A stretch of DNA of 63,574 bases, filler included, from Octopus bimaculoides (GCF_001194135.2; 6 parts of 5 records of this genome joined end to end with filler, not necessarily neighbours in it), one strand, 5' to 3'. Counted from the whole stretch's first letter, positions 1 to 12,345 are shown. Numbers and translations: made by a program. Notes: generated by a model not told the origin, from the sequence alone.

Positions 1-1149
1 ATTAAAAAGGGTGGCTTATTAGTAATTAGAACCTAAAGGCAAAATTAATAGAGGTTACAAAAGTGACAGAGGGTACTGACTAGCACCGCTTTTGATAATG
101 ATAGGAGTTAAAATAACAAAAGCCACGGATGCACTGTATTAATGACTGACAAAGGGAGATAAGTCCCCAGCGTACATAGCCGGATCGAGATTTCAGATTT
201 TGATGTAGATTTTGAGTTTTGATATAGATTTCGGATTTTGATGTAGCGGCTCTTAACGCCTAGGGTTAAGCTCAACTACGTTTATCAGTCTTATAAGAAA
301 AATCGTTGAAAACCTGGCGCGGCTTACTTGGATTACCGCTGAATTTATTTTATTATACTAATTCATATATCAATTCTCTTTAATTCCCGCTAACATTCAC
401 TAATCTTGGTTTGAGATGAAGTCAACATTACTTCATTATAGGTATCTAGACTTTAGTACTCTGTTGTATCTAATGACAACCGTACTACGTGGCTATTTCT
501 GTAACCTAACCGATCTTCAAGAACCTCAGTATTGAAACATTATAGAAATAATAGTTGTGTATGTCTTTGCATGCATGTATGTTTATGTGTTTCTGTGCGT
601 GTGTGTATGCGTTTCTATAAATGAGATTGTTCCTTCTCTTGATTTAGTATATACAGACACGAGAGAACACAAAAAGTAGAGTCATATAATATTTAATTGA
701 AATTGATACTTCACTGTTACGACTCTTGAGTGTCGGTTCTGCGTGTAGATGTGGGTTAATAATAAGCATACATTGATTTGACATGCCGTTGAAATGTCAC
801 AAAATATTTGAAAATAAACTCACTGTTTGATAGCTGTTAAGGTCCTGTCAAATTAGCGTTAATATAATGGATACAAAATACAGTTAACGATTTAAAATGT
901 AAAGAGATGCGTAATAGAACATTGAAAATAGAAATAAGGTTAAATAATACTTTTTGCAAAATCCGTTTATTGCTCGAAACAAAACAATCAGCATACACGA
1001 GATTAAACCTCTACGTAATTAGTTTTAGCCTCGTAGGTTAATTGATTTTTACCTCCTATAAAAGATTCAATTAGATGCACGTGTAACTGAAACATGCATT
1101 ATAAAAGATTCTTTTAAGATGTGAATAAAGTTTTCTCTTATAAATTTAA

Positions 1150-1590
1150 TCTAGGTCATCGTAATGTAGCATCCAATCTGCGTGCTTGCTATTATTGGAT
1201 TCCACTTGTTATTTGGATGGCTTGAGACAAACAATGTGCAAGATTGCTTATAGCACCACTCATTGCCTACCGCACCAAGATTTTCTGAAAATAAATTTAG
1301 ATGAGAATGTAGGTGTATTTTTAACAACACCCAACAGTCCATTTCTTCACAGATCTCAAGAAGACTCTCAACTATACTTTCAAATGCAAGGGACTGTTAG
1401 CTATTAGTAATGAGTAGATGACAACAAAACCATAGCGGTGGTGCACCACCCTGATGGCTGATCGTGGTTATATAAAATATCACAGCCAAAAATACGAGTT
1501 TTACATCTTGTATGGCAATTCTTTTCACCAAAACATAAATAACTATGATTTGAAAGAAGATAAAACTGAAATACAGTGCTTGTATAATGC
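1150..1590 (-). mobile_element. Internally deleted Chapaev3-like (CMC) DNA transposon remnant
   Basis: LKIHLHSHLNLFSENLGAV resembles the C-terminal LKIHFLHSHLDFFPENLGAVSDEQGERFHQ motif. Just upstream, YLCFGEK...IFGCDILYNHDQ resembles the N-terminal Cys-rich region. The catalytic middle is absent. Superfamily assignment is from recall. Confidence 0.55.
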
Positions 1591-2161
1591 ACTGTATATA
1601 TGATAAATTTATGGTTTCATACTTTATTCCAAGTATGGTTTCATACTTTATTCCAATATGCTGTCACAGCATTGCATTTACATGCAAGAATCATACATTC
1701 TCCCTATAAAACCACTTTAAAATATCTTTCAATAAGTGTGGAAGTTTCTACAAATATCTTTCAGGTTTTTGTTTTTTTTATTACAAACCTAATAAAGCAA
1801 AAATGAATCCGATGGTTCATATGTTGTCCTCGCTGATTACAATGACTCTTCTTTTAGTTAGCTAGGCTATGAGGTAACTGTAATGTGTCTCAGTAGAGAC
1901 GTCTACTGATGCACAGCCTATCGGTCAGAGTCAGCCATTAGTGCAACTATAATCATAGGATACTCTATGAACACAATAAACCTAGTTGTTGCCTTATCGA
2001 TACCTGAATATTAATGTTCGATTTAATCAATGAAAGATTGATGACACTGTGTAACACGGTTTTTTCTTTTGGTAGCAACTGTTATTTCCTATTTGCTTAC
2101 CCCTAGAAAATATCAAAATTGGCTAATATTTCCTTCAAACTTCGCTTTTGTCACATTTATT

Positions 2162-2515
2162 CAAACCCCAAAGAATCCCTCTCAACACATGGCTTTGATG
2201 CTCCCCCACTACTCCTGCTCGTCGTCAGATACGAAGGGACATGCTCAAGTGGTTAAGATCAAGTAACAAACAAGCAAATCTCTGGTATTGAGCAGAATAT
2301 TTGCTATAATGATATTTCTGCTTCAGAAACTCAGTGTTGAACCTAACTGAAATGTAATGGAAAATAGGTCAGTTTCAAAACATTAATGTCGAGGTCACAA
2401 AAGCAAAGTTTGAAGAAAATAATAAGTCATTTCCTTTTATTTCTAAATAGAAGCATATAGGATATAACACTTACAGACCAATGACAAAAAAAATTAAATT
2501 TCGTTACAATGTAAT
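2162..2515. repeat. Copy 1 of an approximately 360-bp direct duplication (SINE fragment plus shared flank)
   Basis: Aligns by eye with 6844-7205 from TCAAACCCCAAAGAATCCCTCTCAACACATGG through GGAAAATAGGTCAGTTTCAAAACATT to GTTACA(A/G)TGTAAT. Confidence 0.85.
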
Positions 2516-2599
2516 AGAAGAATGTTCGTTACCATTTCCAGTATACGGATGGTACACGGTCAAAGAAAATCATCTACATCAAGGCGAAACAAACTAATC

Positions 2600-3960
2600 T
2601 TGACCCTACACTGCATTCTCGATCTCATTATCAATAAACTGTCCAAGCATTCGCTTAAAAGTATTGATATCTTGTGTGGCTTTGATATCATCAAGCAAAC
2701 CAGTGTACGCAAAGCATGCAACGAAATCTAACATGTTCTCCGATCTATTTAGGCGAATCTTATTAATGAATATTTTGTACTGATTTCTGTTTTCTCTACC
2801 ATTCACTTCGAAGTTGATCATTTATCTCGATGAGAAAGGCATATACATATCATTTTGGCGTTTATGAGCAAATAATGATAGTCTTTTCCTAGCAGGCTGC
2901 GACTGCTGATGTGCAGAACAGAAAAATTTGTGCGTTTTGATTGAATTTATCATTGAACTCATCGATTGAATATTCTTCACATTTGGCCTTATATTGATCA
3001 GAATTATCAACATCAGGAATCGCGTCAAATACATCATCATTCATATTTCCGTGTTTCACTTAACTTTCTCCATTTTGACAACACAAGAGGAACATTTTGA
3101 GTCGTGGGAGTTGTGATCGGAATTTTTGGATAGTTTATGGCATGTCCTGTTCAGTAACCACATATTTCATCGTTCTTACAAATAGCTGAATAATAACTGA
3201 ACTGTTGGCATGGTATGACATGATAATGTAGAGTCACATAGCAATTTCTCAAACCAATAAAGATTCTACCATTTTGCATTATTTTGTTTGCAAGCTTTGC
3301 TGAATATTTAAAAACAATTAATACCTCCGATTTTGGGTTGTTGTTTTTTTTCACCTTCAATGTACAATTTGAAAAGGAAACTTTTCCTCCGTCATTAGTC
3401 CAACCAGATGATCATGGTTTTTTTCTCGTGTCATCTTTATAAGGTTTTCTCTCGAGACCTCAGGATCACTGGGGTTTTTTCTATCTTTGTAGAGAATTGA
3501 TATTTTGACAATGCATCAAGGGCTTTATCTCTATCTTGGTCTGAAGGGAAATGTATAAGTATAGTTCCATTCGGACGTTGTTTTGTTTACCACTGGAATC
3601 TTTTTAAGACTTTAACCTGACCCTGTTGTCAGAATCATTCGTAGATAATATTGATAAGGATGACATCTTTTTGGATGATGGTTTCGAATTCTCATTCACA
3701 GCTTCGGTATAAGTTTTTTTCCTAATTGCATCCGATATAACTGCGTTCATTTGATTCATTTGCGCCTTTAACTTCAAAATCTCTGGCATGAATCTTTAAT
3801 CTTCCGACATTTTTTCTAATATTCGTATTCTTTCAACCAAAGTGTTCACATAACAACGAGAGTTGGTTTTGCTTTCCATTCAACTCTTGTCATTGCACAT
3901 ATCCTGTTGCTATCTATCCCCATCTTCAAGTTCCCATCTTCCTGAGGGGATAGCTTACAC
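2600..3960 (-). mobile_element. Degenerate LINE (CR1/L2/Jockey group): ORF1 plus only the 3' tip of ORF2
   Basis: Frameshifted ORF1 pieces in order: PHD-like MCNDKS*...RCYVNT, coiled coil with RKKTYTEAV, PNGTILIHFPSDQDRDKAL, and RIFIGLRNCYV...CQQFSYYSAICKNDEICGY...HDS zinc knuckles. These are followed directly by an RT C-terminal-like LDDIKATQDINTFKRML. No endonuclease or RT core is visible. Confidence 0.6.
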
Positions 3961-4539
3961 AAGACTACAGTATAAAATATTATTTATCGGACGGGAATAT
4001 TTGATCTATTATGTCTGCTTTTTTTTTTTTTCGGATCTGTTGTCTGTCTTTTCCCCTTCTATAATTTCAGCTAAATTTATTTACAGATATACTTGAAGTA
4101 TTAAGCGAAAAGATTAATTACAAAAATGATGAACGTACAACTGATAACACTGATGTTCCCTACCTCTTTCCTTCTTTAATATAGAAATAACGAAGATTAA
4201 AAATGTTTTAACAATAAAGAACGTATGGGCATTCCAATCGCTTCAGAAAAATAATACAGTTATCAGAATTATGTAAAATACCTGGAGTGGGGATGTGATA
4301 AAATCCGTTTAAAGTGTAAGCATCAACATAAACATAACAGCTAGTTAGTTCGACTGATACGTAGTGTATTTATTATATATATCGATTAGATTATGTGTAT
4401 TATGACACACAAAATTTATTTTTTACATAGAATATGCTTGTAAAATAGGATTGCATCTCATACGCTGGCAAATACGCTTAAAGCCTGCCAAGCTTTTAAT
4501 TCGATTGTATTTTAGGTTTGTTCAAATTGTATATCTTTT

Positions 4540-5130
4540 AAAACCACCGATTTGCGGCCCCACACAAATACCTACCTTGAACTTTTGCTGCACACACTTT
4601 CAGAATTTGCATGTTATTCATGTCTAGTAACTTGAGCTAAGATCATTTGTTGAAACTGAAGCAATTACATCATGAAAGTGTCATTCTAACCATTTAGTAA
4701 CACTCAAAACTGTCAAATTCACTTTAAATTTCATGGGGTGCGAAAATTTTCACAGCAAAACTGCAGCCTGGTTACTAACATAATTCCACTGCAACTATTC
4801 GAAACTTTGTTGCTTGTCTCATGTGTTTTTCCTTTAATTTCTTTTTCTTTTGTGTTGAGCTTAGATTTCAATTTCCATTCTTCCTTTGCTTTTTTACAGC
4901 ATTGTATATATTCCACATTTTTCTTCACTTCCTTTTCTTAATAATTTTCATTTTTTAAGAACTTTTTTACCTTCCTCTTTCTGAAAAAAACAGTTGCAGT
5001 TACACTCACACAGCATGGTGGCTTGTACCAGAACATTTTTCTCTTCCTAGGTTTGTTGGTGTTTTTGGCAATTCCATATAACTTTAAATAAGAACTACCT
5101 GTAAAAGAAATTGTTGTGGGCAATAGTAGA
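4540..5130 (-). mobile_element. Possible decayed pogo/DDE_1-type transposase C-terminus
   Basis: Broken frames give PRKRK...SVTA, then a Lys/Glu-rich coiled coil (KKAKEEWKLKSKLNTKEKEIK), then scattered Cys/Trp/His resembling a terminal PHD finger. Many stops. Confidence 0.35.
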
Positions 5131-5149
5131 ATGGTAGAAATTGAGTTTT

Positions 5150-5640
5150 GTGGACCTCATAGATAAGAAATATTTGAAAATTATTAGTTTTATCAAGGCC
5201 ACAATAGAAGAGATAGGATTACTATAAGTAGAAAAGGCATAGAATCTGAACTTGTTTAGTGCAAGGATTTAAACCAACTGGACTATTTCATTTCACATCA
5301 CCTACAGAGATTTCAAGTCTCAGAGTGTACTTATATATCAAGCAACCCAACTGATGTAAAATTCAATATATAAGACAACTAGATGTGAAAGAACAAAGCA
5401 GCAGGAGAAACTAAACAAAACATAGCCTTTGGAAATTTCAAACGATGCAAGCATTCAGGGCAGTGGGTGTGTGACAGGTTATTGTTTCATGGTCTTTTTC
5501 TGGTATGGAAAAATGGTCAAACACCTGAGAAGGATAGTGATGTGGATGGCAGTGAAGATGGTGTTGGTTGTGATAATGATGCTGATAACATGTAAGATGA
5601 TCGACATGCTGATATGACAGTTATCATATAGGATAGGTTC
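5150..5640 (+). mobile_element. Possible decayed DNA-transposase C-terminus (LPPT-like motif, Cys-rich domain, acidic tail)
   Basis: SPTEISSLRVYLY resembles the LPPTxxAxxxHxLRVYxQ motif. It is followed by broken Cys-rich segments (TTRC, FKRCKHSG) and the acidic tail EKDSDVDGSEDG. Heavily decayed. Confidence 0.3.
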
Positions 5641-5858
5641 ATAATGTATCATTGAAGACGTCATCCTTATATACATAAGCAAAGGCAAAGTCTAATCTTT
5701 CTCTTATCATAACCTGCAGGAGAAGCAGAATAGAGAACTGCAAGCTAATGAAATACTCATCAAGCTGAGATAACTAGGAATAAACAACAACAACAATAAT
5801 GGTGATGATGGCAGCAACAGTAATAACAATAACAGTGGAATTCACATTGATTTTGTGT

Positions 5859-5864
5859 TTTAAT
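5859..5864 (-). terminator. Candidate polyadenylation signal (ATTAAA) of MRPS33
   Basis: ATTAAA on the minus strand about 35 nt after the stop codon, followed by T/G-rich sequence. The sequence is AT-rich, so the hexamer alone is weak evidence. Confidence 0.35.
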
Positions 5865-5899
5865 ATAAATAAAACTTTCTAAACAAAAATATTGTAAAG

Positions 5900-6005
5900 C
5901 TATTTGTTTTTCATTGCTCGTTTTCCTTCTCCTTTCTTGGGTTTCGTTTTGCCACGAAGTACACGTAGTCGTTTCATTTCATCTTTGAAATCTAAATGTT
6001 CATCT
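5900..6005 (-). CDS. MRPS33: Mitochondrial ribosomal protein S33, last coding exon
   Basis: Acceptor GTATTTTCAG|A GAT GAA CAT is phase-compatible with the upstream exon. Encodes (R)[37 protein letters not shown], the conserved MRPS33 C-terminus (DEHxDF...[15 protein letters not shown]). Spliced CDS is 315 nt, 104 aa. Confidence 0.95.
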
Positions 6006-6085
6006 CTGAAAATACAAACAAAATGAGTCTGATTTAAGAATTGCATCAAGAAAATTATTTTAAAAACAAACAAAACCATTTAGAT

Positions 6086-6399
6086 CAGGGGTTCTCAACC
6101 ATTTTTTTTACCTATTGACCCCTTTGATTACTATTTTAATCTGGTGGACCCCCATAGCTTCTCAATGTTAAAAATCTAGATTTATACATACTTCTTTCAA
6201 AATTTCTATTTCACTTTTCACACATCAGCTTTTGTAGGTTGAACTATGTAAAATGTTAGAGAAAGAAACCTAGCTGTTTCTTCCAATAAACAAATCTAAA
6301 TCAATATTTTTTTCATGGACTCTTAATATACTAGTGTGGACCCCCGAAAATCTTACATGGACCCCCAGGGACCATATGGACCCCAGCTGAGAACCACTG
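6086..6399. mobile_element. hAT (Charlie-like) MITE in the MRPS33 intron
   Basis: Termini CAGGGGTTCTCAACC and GCTGAGAACCACTG. 8-bp target-site duplication ATTTAGAT/GTTTAGAT (6078-6085, 6400-6407). Repeated GGACCCC subterminal motifs. Confidence 0.85.
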
Positions 6400-6843
6400 G
6401 TTTAGATCAATGATAGAATAGCAACAGAGAACCTGAAGAGAGGTGTCTACAGCTACACACGCTGGAGTGCCTAGGATCAGTATATCTACAGAGTTTAGAG
6501 TATCTGGAGCATTATAGCTACAAATTATAGACTACTTGTAGAGAATATGGGACTTTTATAGTTATATATTGTGACCTTTATGACTAAAACTCCTGGAAGA
6601 CAGATGGGTGCAGTAAACTGCATCAGTGACCAGATCACAGTTGTGCAACAAAAATCTTAACACCTCATGAAATAAATTTTGAAGTAAAGTTTATAGTTTT
6701 GTATGTTATGAAATGGTTTTAAGTGCTCTTCTGCGATGTAGTTACACTTAAAGAATTTTTTTTAGAAATGGAAAGACAGGTAGATGCCCCAACAATGCCA
6801 GATGGATGGTAACAGCATGCCATATAAAGCTTAAGTTTTACAC

Positions 6844-7205
6844 TTCAAACCCCAAAGAATCCCTCTCAACACATGGCTTTGATGTTCCCCCACTACTCCT
6901 GCTCATGATCAGAGATGCACATATTGTCAGTCACTAAGGAAGTGGTTATAGTCAAGTAACTGATAAGTAAATCTCTGGTATTGAGCAAAATATTTACTAT
7001 AACAATATTTCTGCTTCAGCAACTCAGTGCTGTATCTGTCTGAAATATAATGGAAAATAGGTCAGTTTCAAAACATTGATGTCCAGGTGACAAAAGCAAA
7101 GTTTGAAAGGAATAGTAGTCATTTCTTTTGATTTCTAGACAGAAGCAAATAGGAAATAACAATTACTGACCAAAGACAAAAAGTAAATCTTGTTACAGTG
7201 TAATG
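6844..7205. repeat. Copy 2 of the approximately 360-bp direct duplication, inside the MRPS33 intron
   Basis: Matches 2162-2515. Confidence 0.85.
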
Positions 7206-7789
7206 GAATACATTTCAATAAGTATCTACTGGAACCTCACAAATCCAATGTGATGAACAATTAAAAAGGGAAATAAACAAAAATAAACAGTAAAATAAAA
7301 ATATTGAACCCAATCTCTATTCTATGAATGAAAATATCCTGCAAGTGTTTTTGGATTGCCAACAAAAGTTGTGTGTATTCATGTGTTTGTCAAATACAAA
7401 TCAACCAAGCAGATCACGTAAAAACGGAAACTAAAATTAAACTGGTTCAGCCAAGAACTGAATCTGCATAGCAGCTGTCAGATTAGCAGGAGCTTATTCT
7501 CCGAAGACATTTATAAAAATTGATGTTTAGCTTTAATTCTATGGCATTAAGCAGCTAAAAGTAAAATCTTGCTTTGGGTAGCATGCCAAACTATACTAGG
7601 TAACACTGTGAGAAGACATGGCATGCTTTCCCCCAAGAAAAAGAATTTAGTGCATCACCCAAATATAGGACAAAATGATTGCTACTGATTTGAACTCAAG
7701 ACTTAAGAGTTATCAGTTCAATCATGGTTTAGTGAAGGCCACAAGTTCGAGCCTCGCCAAAACCTGGGAATTCTTTTTCTTTGGACACT

Positions 7790-8170
7790 GGGCCTTACGT
7801 AGTTGTGGCCAATGGTGGTGTCACATAAATGGCACTTGTACCAGTGGCAAATAAAAAGCACCCTTTGAACATTGGGCTTCATGGAGGTATTGACAAGTGA
7901 CCAAGACCATTGGTGATATGCCATGCTTGAGAAGACTTGTCAAACCAAGTGAAATCATAGTTTTGGCCAATGCTGGTGTCAGGTAACTAGCACCTGTGCT
8001 AGTGGCATGTGAAAAACACCCATTATACTCTTGGAATGGTTGGCGTTAGGAAGGACATCCAGCCATAGAAACCATGCCAAATCAGCTTACCAGTTCCAGT
8101 CAAACCATCTAACACATGCCAGCATGGAAAGCAGATGTTAAATGATGATGATGATCATCATCATCACCAT
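7790..8170 (+). mobile_element. RTE LINE 3' UTR fragment ending in (GAT/CAT)n
   Basis: Contains GGCGTTAGGAAGGACATCCAGC...CATGCCAGCATGGAAAGCAGATGTTAAATGATGATG, the same 3' end as the RT-bearing copy at 60303-61130. Confidence 0.75.
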
Positions 8171-8192
8171 TTCACTTCTAAGTGAGTCTTAC

Positions 8193-8401
8193 CTGAACAA
8201 GCCGTGGTTGCGAAGTCTCAGCATGAGTGAGTTTATCTCTCTTAAAGGTGGATAATAATCAACAACATGAGGATCCATATTATAAGGTCGATCCTTGAAC
8301 AATCGAAATAGTCGGTTGGTTTTCTTGGGAATAGGTCGTACAACTTCTCCAAATATCCGTGCTGACAATCGTGCCATTCTCTGAGCATAATTGGACGCCA
8401 T
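8193..8401 (-). CDS. MRPS33: Mitochondrial ribosomal protein S33, first coding exon (aa 1-70)
   Basis: Translation MASNYAQRMARLSARIFGEVVRP...YYPP...LRNHGLFR matches the MRPS33 N-terminus (RLSARxFGEV motif). The exon ends at a phase-2 donor, TTCAG|GTAAGAC (GT at 8192-8191). An upstream acceptor TATCTATTACAG| (AG at 8431-8430) implies a 28-nt UTR segment and an earlier non-coding exon. Confidence 0.95.
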
Positions 8402-8639
8402 TTGGAAATTGACAGGAATTGGTCAATATCTGTAATAGATAAAAAATTTTTCCATAAATAGTCTTTCACTTTGAAAAATGTGATATAGGTTGGTTTTGTT
8501 GGGAAGGAAGGCATCATCATTACATATTTTGTAAAGCACCATTTCACCAGACCATAAAATTGTCCAGAGACATGAAGGTGCAACAAATTTGGGGAATGTA
8601 TTTCAGGAGTAAAACAGAAATGAAAGCTAATAAAATAGG

Positions 8640-8993
8640 GTGCAGGCATGGTTGTGTAGTAAGAAGTTTGCTTCCCAACCACATGGTTCCAGGTTCAGCC
8701 CTTGAGCAAGTATCCGCTACTATAGTCCCAGAGCAACCAAGGCCTTGTGAGATTCGGTAGATGGAAACCAGAAGAAATCTGTTGTGTGTGTGTGTGTTCG
8801 TATTTGTCCCCCACCAACAACTAGTGGTTTGTTTGCATCCCCATAACTTAGTTGTTTGGCAAAAGGAGACCAATAGAATAATTACCAATGTTAAAAATAA
8901 GAACTGGGATAAATTTGTTCAAATAAACCTTTCAAGGTGGTGCCCCAGCATGGCTACAGTCCAATGAGTGAAACAAGTAAAAGAATAAAAGAA
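8640..8993 (+). mobile_element. tRNA-derived SINE, family A, CpG-decayed
   Basis: Head GTGTAGTAAGAAGTTTGCTTCCCAACCACATGGTTCCAGGTTCAG, central (GT)n, tail GGTGCCCCAGCATGGCTACAGTCCAATGAGTGAAACAAGTAAAAGA. Many copies occur in the window. Confidence 0.85.
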
Positions 8994-10416
8994 AATATTT
9001 TCAATATAAGTCTTCACGTATTGGTTTCTAAATTAGACACACGGTAAGCCATTTTGATTGAAGGAGTTGATACCAACACACCTCAGTTCTTGACTCAGAG
9101 TTTATTTTATCAACTACCCTTTCTGAGGGATGATAAAGTTGAACTAAGAATGTAAAGAACTGGAGATAGAGTAAATTTAATGAGGAAGGAATATTCTTTT
9201 ATTCTCTTAACAATTCCAAAGATATAATCTATGTAACTGACTTCAGTAATTTGATTTATACTTATTTTATCAATCTCAGGACAGTACATGACATTACAAC
9301 ATTACAAGGGACCTATCAAAATGCCATAAAATTTTGGACTATGCTCTACCAATTCCAACTTCTAGCGCTAAAATAAGAATCATCACCATGGTTTTCATGT
9401 CAACTTTTCTATACATGCATGTGTTGGAAGGAATGTGTTGAGATAGATTTTCTATAGCTGGATGCCCTTCCTGTGACCAAACCTCACCTGTTTCCAAGTA
9501 AGGTAATATTTCCCGATGACCAGACAGCTTTTACGGAAGATTGAAAACAAAGGACACCACTTGCATGATGGTGACATTCATTTACAACTATCACATGAAG
9601 TCATGGCAAGGAGACAGTAACACACACACACAAGTACACATAAACACAACAGGCTTCTTTCAGTTTCCTTCTTTCAAATCTACTGACAAGGCTTGGACAG
9701 CTCAGAGTTATAGTACAAGACACTTGCCCGGAACCATGTGGTTGGGAAAACAATCTTCTTAACAAATAGTTAAGCCTGCATATTAATTCAAATGTATTTT
9801 GGGGAATGAAACCTTCCTTTTAACAATTTATCACCAATTAAATGTTTGTTTTGCATCAGTTTAGAAAGATTTAGTAACCAAAATAGAGAGTACTACTCTT
9901 GGTATATATTATATTCTGACCAGTGGTTCTTTATAGGAAGAAATAAAGTTCAATACTACATGACTATACATTGGCATGAAGTCACTACATGACAATTTAT
10001 AGACATGTAGTCACACAGCTTTCTCAAAACATTAATTAGTATTTTGTCCAAGTAATACTGTAAACTAGGTTTTGTTAATTTTTTATGTGAAATTAAAAGA
10101 AATCATTTACAAAATATTTCTTGTGACATCAAAATTCTAGGACATTTTCAATATTTCTCAAAACAGAACCACTGGAAAGTGGATTACTCTTAGAGCTGAG
10201 AGAATGAGTAACCAAAAAATTTTAATTCATGAAAATAGATAACTAAATCTTATCTACAGGTGATATTTTGTGATGTGTATTATATAGGCAGCTATAAGAT
10301 ACCTGCATTTTAAGTTGCAAGTCAAGTTGGAATTTAGGCAGCAAGTCAACCTTAGTACTAATTGTATGTACATGTTGTCTTTCATCATTAGACATAATAT
10401 TATCTGAATTGTATAA

Positions 10417-10450
<34 letters not shown>

Positions 10451-10451
10451 G

Positions 10452-11000
10452 GTGTTGCCATCCGGTTTCACCAGTCCTCAGTCAAATCGTCCAACCCATG
10501 CTAGCATGGAAAGCGGACGTTAAACGATGATGATGATGATGATGATGATGAAAGTCTGATTACTTAAGGTAGAAGGGAGCTGTAGAAGAAGGAGATCCAG
10601 GAAGATAAGGAACGAAGTACTGAAGGCCAATCTCAAAATGCCGAGCCTTACAAAGGAGATGACAGAGGAACGAGATATGTGGTACATTGCTATTCTCAAG
10701 AAAACCTGCCCACCACAACAGTATTGAGATCCTAAAATCAAGGTGTCATGTACAAAGCATTGGTGTGGGTGCTGGTGTCAAGTAAAAGGCATTAGAGCTG
10801 GTGCCAAACGAAAAACACCCAGTGCAGTCTGTAAAGTGGTTAGTGCTAGGAATAGCATCTAGCCCTAGAAACCAAGCCAAAGCAGATTATGGAACCTGGT
10901 GTGGCCCCTGACCTTGCCAACTCTTATCAAGCAATCCAACCCATGTCAGCATGCACAATGGGCATTAAATATCAATGATGATCATCATTATCATATAATA
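10452..11000 (+). mobile_element. Two consecutive RTE 3' fragments
   Basis: 10452-10550 is a 3' tail with (GAT)n. 10570-10700 translates to VEGSCRRRRSRKIRNEVLKANLKMPSLTKEMTEERDMW (RTE RT C-terminus), followed by 3' UTR. Confidence 0.75.
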
Positions 11001-11861
11001 ATCATCATCATCATGTCCACTTTACCATGCTTGCATAGTCAGACAGAATTTATTGATGCAGATTTTCTACAATCAGATGCCTTTCCTGTTGCCAACACTC
11101 ACCTGTTTCCAAGCAAGGTTTAATATGTCTCAATGCCCAGACATGTTCTTGCAGAATATTGAAAACAACTCACACTGCTTGTAAGAGAAAGGAACAACAA
11201 TCATTTTTACAACTTTCATGTCAAAACAAGGAGACACACACACAAACACACATATATATAAACATACACTCACATGACTATGTCATGATAGCTTTGTGTG
11301 TGAATACACACACAAAAGTGTCATGTGATCAGCTGGGATGATGAATTCCATTACCAATTGTATCAGAGGAGCAAAATGAAGACTGCCATTATGTGAATGT
11401 AGAACAAGTGAGCCTGGCATAGTTCATCACAGCTTTCACAAACTAATGAAATACTGAACATTTCTATACCATTTATGGCAACCATGCAAATTTACAGCTT
11501 AGTGAACAGACCCACAATGTTAGCCTTGAATTAGTTAATTACAAGGAAAAAAAACCATTATTCTTTTGATGCTATAAATTCCTAATTAACAAGTAACCAA
11601 TAACTTAAAGTATATCACTTTAGAAAAATGGGCATTTGTAGTTGTGTGTGTATGTGTGTATACACACACACACCATTAATCCCTACACATTTTTTTCTTC
11701 TCTCCATTTTTGTCATCTCATTCTTTTCTGTTAGAGTGTAGGCTCCTGACCATCAAACTAATACACCTGCTTGTTGTTCCTTCACCTGTTATCTTTTGCT
11801 TTCTGTAAATTTGAACTGTCTGTTTGTCTGTATGTATGTATGTATGTATGCATGCATGCAT

Positions 11862-12155
11862 GTTCCCACCACATACTTCGGGTTCAGTCCTTCTGCTTGG
11901 CACCCTGGGCAAGTGTTTGCTACTATAACCTTGAGCCAACCAAAGCCTTGTCCAATGGCAGACGGAAACTGAAACGAGCCCGTCGTGTATGTGAGTGTGT
12001 CTTTGTCCCCCACCACCGCTTGATAACCGGTATTGGTTTGTTTAGTTTCCCGTAAAATAGCGGTGCGGCAAAAGAGACTGATAAAATAAGTACCAGATCT
12101 AAAAGCAAGTACTAGGATGAATTCGCTCGACTAAACCCTGCAAGGCGGTGTCCCA
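11862..12155 (+). mobile_element. SINE family A, CpG-retaining
   Basis: GGGTTCAGTCC...CACCCTGGGCAAGTG...GACGGAAACTGAAA...GCGGTGCGGCAAAAGAGAC...AAGGCGGTGTCCCAG. Confidence 0.8.
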
Positions 12156-12214
12156 GTATATATAAAGCACGGTGAGAAAGATGCAAATGTGTAGTAAAAT
12201 CTCAACGGGCTTAC

Positions 12215-12345
12215 TTATAATTTACAGATTTGCTCTTGAGACGGATGGGTTTTCACGATAAACTACATGAAGACGAAGTGAAACAAACTGCTACGGAACG
12301 AAACATGACTAAATTCTGGGGTCATCTACACACAACAGAAGCCAT
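12215..12345 (-). other. Candidate non-coding first exon and promoter of MRPS33
   Basis: Minus-strand donor TTATAA|GTAAGCCC (GT at 12214-12213) lies in a CpG-retaining island just past the end of the CpG-depleted gene-body domain. The 5' end is not defined. Alternative donors exist at about 12871, 15801 and 16260. Confidence 0.35.

Noticed and set aside
185-250. Short degenerate repeat GATTTTGATGTAGATTT near the window start
   Set aside because: Only about three imperfect units, with no coherent ORF or structure; too little to support a call.
8242-8682. 146-aa minus-strand ORF overlapping MRPS33
   Set aside because: It is an alternative frame across a SINE, intron and the MRPS33 exon, with no protein-like features.
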